Shown here piece after piece: positions 23,587 to 37,288 of a stretch of DNA of 64,000 nucleotides. Both the position numbers and the translations under genes were made by a program. This DNA is from Antedon mediterranea (Eukaryota; Animalia; Echinodermata): assembly GCF_964355755.1 (NCBI RefSeq), contig NC_092670.1:33034388-33098387 (forward strand), read 5' to 3'. Within the stretch, counting starts at the first letter, position 1. The number at the start of each line of letters is the position of its first letter. Under the pieces are notes generated by a model, which saw only the letters and a list, made by a program, of their open reading frames with translations, was not told the DNA's origin and did not search any database.

Positions 23587-25255
23587 TAAGAAGGAATTAT
23601 GCTATATTGTGTTTACATGTTTTAATGGAACTGCATCTCTAACGCAATTATTGGAAAGCAACGATATTTAAATAATGTTGACATAGAATCTAAAACATAG
23701 TTTTAGATGTCAATATGTCATTTCAGCCCAGGGATCCAATACTTACAAAAAGGGTTGTTTAACTGTTTTGACATACATTTCAAAAAGTGGAAAGAATCCA
23801 TAGTAAACACCTTTAAAAAAGTATTGAAAATTGAATATATTTGCAAATTTGAGTCAGTTTCTTCAGTTGGCAAAGTTAGCTGACGCGGTACAAGTAGACG
23901 TAACAAATAAATAAATCCTCATGAATAAATTAACTGTCCCATCTTCAATAATATAATAATAATATTTGTTAAAGAACTGTTACTATCCTGTACTTTAAAC
24001 TTGCTAAACTGACTGATTATGCTAGGGGCCCTCATGAGACAAGCTATTGCTTCTAGTGCGGGCCCCAGTTGTTAATAACTGAATAAATGTGTATTGTGAT
24101 GATGGAAAAAATGGCTACGCCTGTCTAGGAGGTCTTCGCTGGTTGTATTGTACCGGTACTCTGTACATTGCAGTGAAAATACTAATAAATTGATACTGTA
24201 CAGGAAACTAAAAATGATGACGTCACCTCCAATTCTTTATGAATATAAGCAGAGCAAACAGAAACAAAAAACAATCATGTGAAAACAATATGCAAATTAG
24301 GTAACCTACTGAGTAAAAAGCAAGTAACCAATCTTGAAAAACTTACTCAAGCATCCATGTTTATATAACAAACAATATCTACAATTTATGTTTCAACATC
24401 TTAGTATTTTTTATTTCGTTTAAGTCTGGGCTTATTATCCTAAATTGATTTAAAATGGTAAATATGCATTTTCTGCTTTTAATGTCTGGGTTTGGTAATG
24501 CATTAAAACGACAGTTTGACAGCATTAATGATTTATAAAAAAAAACAGTTTCGATCACATCTCTACTAGCTTACTAAATTCATCGATCACATAATTTTGT
24601 GATTTAAAAACACATGATTGAACAACATCAAATTTTAGTAGAATGTAATGATTTGATTATAGTATTACTGGTGCCTTTTAACCATATCTTATGTCTTATG
24701 GACATACTAATTTTTATTAAATGTGTATTTCATTGTCACGTTTAAATAGTTTTATGTCGTATGGTGCCTCGCACGTTTACAGAGTGGTGTGGTGTGTGAT
24801 GCCTCGCACTGTTGATACAATAGTGCAGTTACACTGAACTCGTACGTATCGCAATTAACATGGTTAGGTGGGTTGATGAATTCAATGAATATCATGCCAC
24901 AATTGGCCTACAGTTTTTCAACACAGGTACCATACAATTATGTCATTGTTGACGTAGTAATTCGGTTCCTCTTAAACCTCTTCTTAAAGCATTCGTTTGT
25001 CTATACAAAGTAAGAAAAACATATCGGTATCACACGTACGTAATTGAAGTAAATATCGTAACTATATAGGTAGTCTTATAGAAGGTCTAATACAAAACAG
25101 TGTAATATAAACGTCGTTACAAAAATTTTCGTGTTGGTGGTTGTGATATAGGTGATTAAGATTATTGGCTTTTCCTACTCAAATGTTATGAGTTCATATG
25201 CTTCAACACTGTAAAAATATTCTACTCCCAAAGACTTAATACACAATATTATTAT

Positions 25256-28200
25256 TAGTACAGGCTATATGTGACATTTATCCTATGTAACCTTGAAAAA
25301 ATTCTAATAAAAGGTCTTTTGGTATTTTCTTGTAGCTTTAGGTGTGAATAAATACCAAAAAATGTTTGCAGCCTTCTAGTTGCTGCGTTAGTGAGATATT
25401 GAGGGTCAAAGGTCAGTGACCTTTTTGTGGCATTTGATGGCTCATAACTCCTCAACTCCTGGGTTTAAAAAGACAAATGTTGTGCCTACATCTATGTTTT
25501 AGTGGTCAAACAACAAAATAAAATTTTTGCAAAGTTCGGGTTACTTGTGCCATTGGTCAGATAGTCGGGTCAAAGGTCATTGACCTTTATTCATTAATAA
25601 CTACTGCTAGTCTAGGACCTTGGTAAGATTTGTATGCATTTAATTTAGGAGAGAATATCTCAACTGTTATAGGATAATTAGACCCCAAGGAACAACATGG
25701 GATATGTGCCAAATTCGTTATCTGGGGCGAACATGCCCAAAATTGGGGTCAAAGGTTAGATATGTGTGGTTCTTATATCTCGACAACCACTTTTCATACA
25801 GATTTGCTTTTGGTGTCAAATTGTTCAAAATATACATATTTATATTCAGTCTAACACAACTTTTACCCCAAAAAATGACCGGAAATGCTTTTTCTGACCT
25901 TTGACCAAAAAATGACCAAAAAAACACATTTTCGGGTTAAATTATTCCATAAAATGTCAATGGACACACTGTATGGTATAAAATGAAAGCATATACAATA
26001 TGCTACCCATTGCTACCCAACTTGTATTAAACATTTTTAATTAGGAATATAACTTTATGGAAAATGTGCATAATTGACTTCAGTATTTAGAATTATTATT
26101 AATTTATCTTTATCAACTGGTACGACCTTTCCTGATGATTTGAAGTTGGGTCTAGTTACACTTATTTTAAAGACGCCTTCACATACTTGCATGGCAAATT
26201 TTCGATCTATTTCTAATGTCGCTTTCTTATCTAAGATCCTTGTGAAATGCGTTGCTTTAGATCTCATACATTTTCTTGACAACAATAATCTGTTCGACCC
26301 TCTTCAATCAGCATATAGAAAGCGCCACAGTACAGAGTCAGCCATTCTCAAGGTGCATAATGATATTATTTTAGCTCTCGATAAAGGTAATTGTCTTTTT
26401 TTTTTGTGTACCTCAACCTGTCGGCAGCTTCTGATACCATGGACTATTCCATTATTATTGCAAGACTCTCGTCTATTGGTATCCGTGGATCTGCTCTAAA
26501 TTAGTTCAAGTCATATTTGTCTTCTAGGAAGCAGCAGGTCCAGATTGGTAATGTCAAATCCACCTCTATCGACCTGAAATGCGGTGTTCCTCAAGGATCA
26601 ATACTGGGTCCAGTATTGTTTTTAGTTTACACCTCGCCCATGAGTGATATCATTTTTAAGAGACATTGTGTCCAATATCATGTGTACGCAGATGATACAT
26701 CAGCTTTAATTCAGCAGAGTTTAATGAGGCGAAGTCGGTTATCGAAGCTTGTGTTGTTGATGTTCAGGATTGGCTAACTAAAAACATGCTCTTTTTAACC
26801 CTGGTAAAACAGAAATCTTATTTATTCATTCAAAACACTTCAAGAAATTGGCCATTGCTAGAAACATCAATCACATCATCGTTGGAGGTTAGATATATCG
26901 GAGTTGTATTTTACTCAGCCATGATTATGTCCAGACATATCAACAACATTAGTAAATCTGATACCTACCACCTTCGTAACATAAGATCAATTCGCAAATC
27001 CTTAACCCACTCCTCGCTTATTAAACTTGTCCATGCACTAATAACATCACGGTTAGACTACTGCAATGCCATTTTGTTTGGTCTACCAAATAAAGAACTT
27101 AATAAACTACAACTAATTCTTTTCTTTTTTATACCAAATATTTCATTACAACGCTAGAATTATTCACCCAAAATAAACTTACATTAATTTATACTCATTT
27201 TTGTCTAAATTTAATAAAAAATATGCATATTTTCCAAAAATAACATCACATAATTAAATACAAGTTAGGTAGCATATTGTATGTGCTTTCCTTTGATACC
27301 AAATATGTCTTTTCAAACATTTGAATTATTTAATATCATAAATAAACCAAAATAAATTATCTGGTAATGTATACCCATTTTTGTCAAAAAGCAATAAAAT
27401 ATGCACATTTTTCACCAAAGTAGCATCATAATTACAGATTTGTGTTACAAGTTGGATAGCAATGGATAGAATATTGTATGGGCATTTATTTGATACCAAA
27501 TAGTTCTTCCAAACACTTATTTAAAATTATTTAACATTATATAAATAAGCACAACAATTACGCAACTAAATATTCATTTTTTGTATAAAAGTAATCAAAT
27601 TAGGCACATTTTCCATAAGATTAGATTCCTAATTAAAAAATGTTCAATACAAGTTGGGTAGCAATGGGTAGCATATTGTATATGCTTTCATTTGATACCA
27701 TACAGTGTGTCCATTGACATTTTAAATAATAATTTAACCCGAAAATGTGTTTTTTGGTCAAAGGTCAGTAAAAGCATTTCCGGTCATTTTTTGGGGTAAA
27801 AGTTGTGTTAGACCGAATATAAATATGTATATTCTGAACAATTTGACACCAAAAGCAAATCTGTATGACAAGTGGTTGTCGAGATATAAGAACCACATAT
27901 TTCTAACCCTTGACCCCGATTTTGGGCATTTTCGCCCCAGATAACGAATTTGACACATATCCCATATTGTTCCTTGGGGTCAAATTATTCTATAACAGTT
28001 GAGATATTCTCTCCTAAATTGAATGCATACAAATCTTACTCAGGTCCTACACTAGCAGTAGTTATTAATGAATAAAGGTCAATGACCTTTGACCCGACTA
28101 TCTGACCAATGGCACAAGTAACCCGAAATTTGCAAAAACTTTATTTTGTTGTTTGACCACTAAAACATAGATGTAGAAACCACATTTGTCTTCTTAAACC

Positions 28201-28395
28201 CAGGAGTTGAGGAGTTATGAGCCATCAAATGCCACAAAAAGGTCACTGACCTTTGACCCTCAATATCTCACTAACGCAGCAACTAGAAGGCTGCAAACAA
28301 TTTTTGGTAATTATTGACACCTAAAGCTACAAGAAAATACCAAAAGACCTTTTATTAGAATTTTTTCAAGGTCAAACCATATATAGCCTCTACTA
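25256..28395. mobile_element. Foldback-like non-autonomous DNA transposon with TIRs of about 800 bp, in the last intron of copy B
   Basis: About 25256-26079 is the reverse complement of about 27592-28395, and mirror ORFs appear in the track. Termini are TAGTA(C/G)AGGCTATAT. Internal subrepeats lie at 27150-27720. Confidence 0.85.
26080..27155 (+). pseudogene. Decayed L2/CR1-group reverse transcriptase fragment inside the foldback element
   Basis: [35 protein letters not shown] and SRLDYCN are spread over three frames. Confidence 0.9.
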
Positions 28396-31300
28396 TGTAA
28401 TGTTTACCATGTGTAACCTATTATATAGCACACTACTAACAGTAGAATTAAATAATAGTATTGTATAGTACTAAAATAATGCTAATAATACCTCGTGATC
28501 AAATAAATAGAAAATGATAAAAATAAATATGCCTTGGCATCCGTTCAACACGTTGAATATATAATCAATAAATGTTGTATCAGAACTGACAGCGAATGGT
28601 CCAATGAGCCACGTGGTACTCATTAGAGGTAGAAGCATTGCAGTTCCTTTGGCTGCTTTCCTGTAACATTTCAAGGAAAAAACATTAATGGAATTCTAAC
28701 GTATAAATTCTAAAATGTTGGATATGCCCAAATATGGTAGTGGTATGGCCAAATATCGTATTTTCCATATATTTTTGTCAAACCAGTCTGATAGGGTATA
28801 TACTTTAGAGCTACGAACAACAACAACATTTTAACTTGTAACTTTAAAAAGATAAACTCTAACCTCAACTGTTTAAGTTTAGTTTTCTCTCTTGTTGATT
28901 TTTCTACCATGTTTCCAGATCTTTTGTAGATTGTCAAGACAACGTAGATCAAAATAGCTGTATCAATCTGACAAAAAAAGATTGATGACACCTTATTTTG
29001 CGTAAGTATCAACGTTTGAATTCCATATTAACATAACTCTATGGAGTAAATTCAATAAAGGTATCGTGAACTCATTTAGAGTTTGCTTTGATAACGGGTT
29101 ACGTAATCTACTGGAATTGACTAGTTTAATAGCGCAAGCATGATGTTTGTAACGAAAAACGTTCCCTCAAATTCATGACACTGAGTTGAATAGTCTGATT
29201 CAAACCATAGTTAACGTCCTTCCACACTCCAACCTACATCAGCATTGGTGCACATTGATATTTTAGGATATTGTAGGTTGGGTTTGTGGAAGTTGCTTTT
29301 TGTTTTGTTTTTTTTATTTGTATATGGATGTACTATCCGACATAAAGAAAATGAATGAATGAATGAATGAATAATTTACTTGCTGCGTAGAAGGTTAGAC
29401 TTGCCACAAGGCTTAGTTATTGTCTTTTTATGTTGGTCGATTGTTGTCTATACTATACGAGCTCAAGTAGTATACGTATACATCTTTTTACTAATATTAG
29501 ATAAACACTCCGTCTAGAACCTAGACTACGTAGCAGATATTCATATTATTTACAGAAGTTTGACCTCCAGTCATGCTTCGTTGCTTGTCATGATCATAGT
29601 TTGTCTACAAAATGTTGGCCTACAACAACCAAGGCAAAGTTTTTCGCTCTCATTAATAATCTTGCAGACGACGATTTACACTGCATAGTACGTAAGAGGT
29701 CTTATGAGAATCGTTGAAATTCGGTTCGTGTCTTTCTAATTACCCACGAATTATAGTGTTTTGAAATTGTAAGTGAAAGAGGGTATAATTATCTAATCAA
29801 GTTATTTTGGCAATCACCATACAGCTTGTCACACTGGTTCTTACCAAAGCAATGCAGGTAGCGGGTGCTACAAACGTCCATATCATGCCTGTTTCTGGAC
29901 TAAGCCAACATCTACCGTAGATTTATATTTAAAAATAAAAATAAGAAAGCATCATTACAAATGTAAATACTCCAAAAAATAAATGGAAATTAGAGTTTAG
30001 ATAAAGGACTTTGATGCATTGGTCATTACTGTTCATACTTACTAATTTCTGATAATTGGATAAAAACAACATAGAATAGAAATAACTTACATGATATCGG
30101 CATCTAACTTAGAAGAAAACGCCCCAATAGAAATCGCTACAATCACAAAAGAAATTCCATAACAGAACACTAAATAATATCGAAGTAGGTAGAAGTTGGC
30201 GTTACTTGACATAGAAATCTTAGACAGTAAGTATACTGCTTCTGCGCACATCCAAGTGAATGTATTAAGTGATGAAAAATTGAGGAGAATGCTTATACAT
30301 TTACACACAATCTGAAAAAAAAAATGTTTTCAGGTATACTTAATTAAAATCAAAATCCAATAGCCTAAAAAAACAAGAAGACAAAGGCTGAAAACGTCTC
30401 ACATAATCAATCAACAACATTCAATAATATCGGCAATAGTGAGGAGATCTTTAAAAACGCTCATAAAAAAGTTTACTTTTATTATTGACGTACAGAGTGA
30501 GGATGTAGCGAAACAAATTAGAAACAATAATGTTTTTACCCAAGGAAAATTAAATAAAATACACAATCTAAAATGAGTTGAGGTAATTACTGTAGTACAA
30601 CTACAAAGGAAACAATTACCAGTTCAGAGTTGTTTGTGTTTAAACAGGTGGCGCTGTTGCTATTTAAAGTATTAAGCGCCTACTTAGTAGTCGTTTCTGC
30701 AATGCAACAGCATATAATGTAAACAAAAAATGTTGAAACATTCGTATCGTGTTTAACACCTGAACTCATTATCAAAATTATCAAAATTATCATCAATAAT
30801 AACCATATGGATTTATTTAAAGAAAATTTAACAGTATTGCAAATAGAACTTCAACTTCACTACCATAATATATCTACTACCGTGTGATATTACAATATTT
30901 TCAAAAACGTAGATGAACTTTCACACTAATTATTACCTCAAATTCTGTTTCGTCGATTCCAAATAAGAACAGAGATTGCATTATAAGCATATTATCACCA
31001 GGTTCTTGTGAATTGAATTGCGCACAGATTTCAACAATTCTCTAAGAATGTAATATAACAGTGTAAAAGTATATTTGTTTTCGTCTTCTCTAATTTTACA
31101 TGGTCTTATTCTTTGTATTTTTAAACTATATTTATATTGTGTTTCAATGTAACACAAGTCATAATATCAAGTTTTTTTTATATTGGTATACACATTAGAT
31201 TTGATACAATTTAGTTATAAATAGAAAAACTTACGAAAATGAGAAGTAAATGATGAGTGTTATCGTCAGAGCAATGACAGATAGTGATACACAGACTGTT

Positions 31301-33985
31301 GACATTAAACTCAATGACTGACTGTCTTCAGAAATCTGTAGAAATACAATCGTTTTTTAAAGTTATCATAATAAACGATTGGAGCAAGTATACAACATAA
31401 TAAGATTATACATACATTTAAAGTAAAATTAAGTTAGCTTAATACATTTAGCAAGGTTTTATTTCTGAGCTTAGTAGAAGAAATACAATCGTTCTATTAA
31501 AGTTATCACAATAAACGATCGGAGAAACTATACAGCATAATAAGATTATACATTAGCTTAATACATTTAGCAATGTTTCATTTCTGAGTTTAATAGAAGA
31601 AAGTATATTAAGGTTTGTGGTACAAATTTATTCAGTTAAAAATGTAAACAAGCGTACTCAATTAATAGCAAATAAATATAATTTAGGCCTACGTTGTCTG
31701 TTGTAACTTTCATTAACACGCTAAAACTCGTTAGATGTTCAGAATAGCACGACACTTTGTCCTGAGAATACGACGTGGTTACAACACCGGCATCACTCCA
31801 AGTAGTGTAAAAAAAATAACATGAGAAAAACAGTATTTGTGAGTGACTGTCTCCAAACACCAGTAAAAAAAACATGGAACATTTAATTTAATGTCCGATT
31901 TCTAAAAGTTGAAACAAAGTCTAATTTATTTGAACGGTTGTCTAACCGTACGACATTGACACAGTACAAACTTACCTTCGTTTTTCATCAAAGAAAACGC
32001 AAATAATTTCCAATTCATCTTTTTTAGTCAACGAGGAACCCTAAAGAAGAGACTATATCAATTAGTCATACACATCCCTACTGCTGTATATCACCATTTT
32101 AAAGTTTAAATAGGCTTATGCTGCTAAACCGCCAACCGTATTGATCAATGTTTGTAAACACACCTAAAATCATAAAAGGTAGTACCCATGGAGGCATTCG
32201 ATTGAAAGTAATGTCTTGAATAAAGTTAGAGACCTTTTGTTTAAATGACATGGTGAATACACAACGTAAGGTTGGTGATGTGTTTCCAAAAAGAAGGAAA
32301 GTAAATTTCTGTTGTTCCTAAACTGTGGCAATTGTCTTTAGCAAATATATGTATTATTGTATGGTTAAGCCTAATGAATAAATAAAGTGAAGTGGATAGA
32401 CAGTTTTGTAACATGACCGAAACGAGGAGACGTTTTCAACCATACTTACAATTCGCTTGGTCATTGTGAATTCTATTTTCGCATTCAAGGGCATTTGGTC
32501 ATTGAAATCGTAAACGCTACAGGAAAATACCATTCCATTGAAATATCTAAAGTCAATGTTTGCATTTGACCTGTTAGAAATACAACAAATAATAATTAAT
32601 TAATCCAATAAAATTAAAGTAAAAAGAATAGTTTTTATGTATTAATTTCTTTTTCATTTTGTTAAAAAAACCATTAAAAATACTGTACTTACAAGCTAGA
32701 AATATTAACATTTTCGTTAACAGGTTTATTAGCACCCATTGTGTTGTTACTGTAACATGCTATTACAAGGACATCATCTTGTCTGAAAATAAATTAATTA
32801 TAGTTAATAATAACAATAACAACAAGTGAATGGACGAGAAAGAAATGTCCTTTGCAACAAGAATATAATGAGTCTGTTTAGTGTTACTGTAAAATGTAAA
32901 ACAAGGACATCTTTAACGGAAAAAATAACTCAATTATAGCTAACAATACTAAAACTACAGTAGAAGTGTCCTTTGCAACAAACTTGGCTATGTGTAATCC
33001 TTCTAAATAAAAAAATTGTAATTTTAAGAATTACATGGTTTCTAGATCTTCATTAAACATAGCAAGTGATGGCAATCAAACCTGTAGTTTCAACTTTAAT
33101 ATTCAGATAAAAATCCATTTGGCTATCATCGTGTTTCAGACTAGCATTTACTGATTTACTGCTCTCAACCACGGCTAATCCAATTACAAAAATAAATAAA
33201 CAATAGAAAAAAAAAAGTTGCATATATAATTTGCATACTGTAAATTCTAAGCTAAAATAAAGACGCAACCATGTATCTTTTTTTCAATGATTCATACTCG
33301 TTCGATGCCTGTATAAATATATAATTACTTATGGCTTATACATTTTGTTTTGATTTCACACGATAGACTAGTTTGAATTGATTTAAAGACTACATTTGTT
33401 AGGAAGCCTACACGTATTATATACAAAACTTGCCATATCTTTCTTCTTCATAAACTTTCCACGTTGATTGTAAGGTCTTTATTTCTGATAAAACTTTCTG
33501 TTCAAACTCATGGAATTCAGTTACGAATACATCCATTGCCTAGTTAAAAGTAAGTTACAATTTAAAGATCTGTTTTTATTCCTTCAAATTGTTAAGTTAC
33601 TATTGTTTTCATTTATTAATTTATCTAAAATAAATCTACTCTACATGGTATGTTGTAATTAATATTTAAGTATCCTACCATTTCTGTTTGAAGAATCCAC
33701 ATTGAAGCAACGATTAAAGTTTATAAAAAAAATAAAACAAAAGTATGTACAAGTTACAAGTTTTTATAATTGCGTCTAAATATAAAGAAATTTAAAGAAG
33801 TGCGAATTACATAGGTTGATATAACTATTACTGTCACTGACCACAATAAATAAACATATATTTTGTTTTAATAACGATATAAAATATATCACATTTTACT
33901 AAATGCGTCCCAACATAAACTAATTAATTATCATTGGAATACTCATTTGAATGTTTATAACATAGATTGAGTTGTATGGAACAAT

Positions 33986-34827
33986 AGGGAGTTTCGTAAT
34001 CTTACGAATACGATAACGAAAACAGATACGTCACACATTTGTGAAACTTTTGAGGTGATCCCCATTTTATATTCGTAAAGCGTATTCGTGTTAACGAATA
34101 TCACCAGTCATATTCGTAACTACAAAACGAGTATATTTGTTTGTTTGTTTGTTTTATCTTTATACTGGGTGACCTCTTCAGTCAAAGACTGATCTCCCAG
34201 AGGGCCCAGTTGGTGATCAGTGGCTGTGATGTACTACTACACCGGGGTAACCCCCTACTCGTCTCGAAAGATGTAGGCCTACTAGGTTCTTTAAAGTGCA
34301 CACGAGCAAGTTGTGTACACTGGACCTGTACGGTTTATAGTCCTTATCCGAGAAGACTCGTTCTACCACCAGAACCATGGAGTGAGTGAGCCTCGAACCC
34401 CTGCCGATGTTATGGCTACGTGATTACGGTTCCACTGTCTTAACCGCTCGGCCACTCACTCAGTATAGTTTTTGATTTTTTTGCACATTTTGCATTTGAA
34501 TCAGGAATGGTTCATGATTATAATATAATTATACTTTTATTGAAAGTAATTTACTAAAGTAATTTACTAAAAAGCCAGGTCAATTTTGATAAATAGCAGT
34601 TTTTAAAGTCCTCACTCGCTTTGGTGTTACGCTAGGCCTAGACAGCCAAGCACCAAGCAGTAACACGTACCTGCGCTTCGCTCAAATTTACCGCAGTCAT
34701 ATTTTGGACGGCGCCCTCAACATTTTGATGCCATGCGAAACAGATTTTTACTGGCTTACGAAAAACGAATACGTGTGCGTGACGTATCCGTTTTCGTTTT
34801 CGTATTCGTAAGATTGCGAAACTCCCT
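33986..34827. mobile_element. MITE of PIF/Harbinger-related type with 3-bp TSD AAT, carrying a nested SINE
   Basis: TIRs AGGGAGTTTCGTAATCTTACGAATACGA... and ...TCGTATTCGTAAGATTGCGAAACTCCCT. AAT lies at 33983-33985 and 34828-34830. Confidence 0.85.
34136..34461 (-). mobile_element. Full-length tRNA-derived SINE with Deu/Nin-like core
   Basis: Minus strand reads GAGTGAG-TGGCCGAGCGG (A box)...GGTTCGAGGC (B box)-TCACTC. The core is GGATAAGGACTATAAACCGTA...TTCGAGACGAGTAGGGGGTTACCCCGGTGT, and the tail is (AAAC)n. Confidence 0.85.
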
Positions 34828-36007
34828 AATTTTTAAACATATACATTTTATAGATGTTGTTTTTTCCACTATAATCTTTAGTTTGATTGCATTTTGTTAT
34901 GAACAAAAATGGCATGCAAATAAAACCTATGCATGGGCTTTCGATATTTGTAAGATAAATCACTTTACTTTTAATAATCACAACATCCCTATCGACGTAC
35001 TAACCTTCAACAATTATTGTAAACGCACACGACGTTACGGAATTATTGTAACGATCGTAAGCTTCGAAGTAAAAATGATGTTTTCCCAAATGTAGATCAG
35101 CAGGGAATATGTCAACTGGGTTCGGTACAATTGTTACACATGAAATATTGTGATTGAATAGTTCACATTGGCTGATACTGCAGTACCTAATTCTGTCACT
35201 AAAGTCTCGTTAGACGGACATTGAATATTGGGCGGGTTGATATCTGGAAACATGATAAGTTTAAACATGTTACAATAATACAGTAATGTGAGAAGCATGT
35301 AATTAGAAAATCAAATATCCACAACGCATTGAGACGACATTGTTTGTGGAATGCTCTATATAAATACTATTGACGTTAATTGTCATTGTACTTTTTTTCT
35401 TTCTTTCTTTCCTAGGAACATTGTCTAGGTCATTTATTATACATAGTTCATGGGCAATACATTAATTATAACATTATAATAACATGGTAAACAGCTTAAC
35501 ATGCTTTCCTTCCAATCCAGGGTTCAATTCTGACCAAGTGCCAGGATTTAACTCACGACTCTTTCAACTCCATTCCATAAGCCTAAAATGAGACTTAGTT
35601 TATAAGCACGATAAACTATAAAACAGTATATCCATCCAGTAAATACAATTTTATTTTTTAAAACATAACAGACTTTTAATATAACTAGAATTAACGATTA
35701 CTGTATGCTTTGAAGTGTTTAATTTTCTCACGTCATGAATTCTGCACATAACTAACAGACGTATGTAGGCTAACTATGTGATTTAAAACTTAACAACTCT
35801 ATAATACTAAAATGGTTATAAATATTATCTAAATGATTTTGTGATATAATAGGTCTACAATTTGCTGACTATGATTTATTATATAATTAAAAAAAAAGCA
35901 AACACAACAAACTACAGACAAAATGGATAACTTCTTCAGTATGGCCGAAAAATGTAAATAAAGCATAAGTCATACTTCTTTACTTCTTTTAATCTTAATT
36001 ATTCATA

Positions 36008-37288
36008 CTAGAAGTTGCTCGCTTCGCTCGCGTACCATCTAGGTCGTGCCCACATATGGTTCTCGAAGACATAATAATTTCAGCGTTAAAAAACTGGCGA
36101 TTTCAAATGTACGTACCGCAGGACAATAATACATGTCGTTTACAGGAACGAATAAATAGACACTGTGACTTATGTACTCAACTAAAATTAGCACCCTGGG
36201 AATTACTTCTGAAAGAGAAACTTGTCACAAAATGAGACCAATTGTTTAAGTCAAATTTAAACAAACTTAATTTGTGTTTTGTATGTAACAATAGGGTTGA
36301 GGGATGGGGAAGAGGATGGGTGCAAAGAGGAACAATTTTAAATATATTCTTTATCCATTTAGTAACGAAATATTAATTGTTTTCATGTTTTACAAATAAT
36401 ATACCACTACACACAGTAAAACATTGCGATTTAATACTTTGTTGAAACTATCACCGTCATAGTCGATTGAAATAGTACAGTACATGTAACGATACATCAC
36501 TACGACGTGTATATGTTTATATAATATATAAAACAATTTGTGAAAACCACCTCTATTCGGAGAAAATCATAAATTCGATTTAATCTTCAATAAATATTAA
36601 ATTATCTAACTCAACTTAATTAGTAGGCCTAATGGTTTTCAATTGTTTCTTAGAGCCAATTCATACTTAGGTTGGTTCCTACCCTACCCACCAAAGTTGT
36701 TCTGCGTTTAGGGCATGTGATGTACCGTAGGCCCATCCTCTACTGGTTTTACAACGCTACTCATGCCAGTGAGGGAAGGGTGGTGATGTGGGTGGTTTAA
36801 CTGCAATAATAAAGATGTGTACATAATATACGGCGAGTGAAAACGCTAGCTCATTATCCGTTAAAAAAAAAATTATATCCAACCTCTGCAGCACAGATTT
36901 AAATGGTTGGGTTGGTTGAAACATTATGATGCTGTATTCGAGCTGTTCAACCGGTTTTCAGTCATTAAAAACAATTATCGTAGGAGGAGATAGGAAAATG
37001 CGAAGCATACTCGTATTATTGTCTGCGGGTATTTTTCAAGACGGACATCCATTAGACAGTGTATACCACGATCGGAAAACACCCTATTTGGGGCAAATCG
37101 TTGAACCTAAATTCGTTTTAATCGTCAATAACTAATTATTGAACACAATTTAATTAGTAAACAGGGTTACATCAGGTGGTTAAAATCAGTACCGAAAGTA
37201 CGAACCAACTTTATATACCATCGAGTAAACATTCTAGAAATAACGCGCGATTTACCGAATTTTGCCCTTACGTAAATTTATATATATA
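36008..37288 (-). mobile_element. Non-autonomous Helitron, copy 3, abutting the Helentron endonuclease domain
   Basis: Same family as 16966-18411. CTAG end at 36008; the 5' TC is mutated to TA; an internal segment of about 160 bp is missing. Confidence 0.87.

Noticed and set aside
25704-27958. Mirror-image 65-69 aa ORF pairs
   Set aside because: By-product of the long inverted repeat; no recognisable protein motif.
34378-34461. Possible tRNA gene
   Set aside because: The anticodon/variable region is irregular and it continues into a SINE core and tail, so it is a SINE head.
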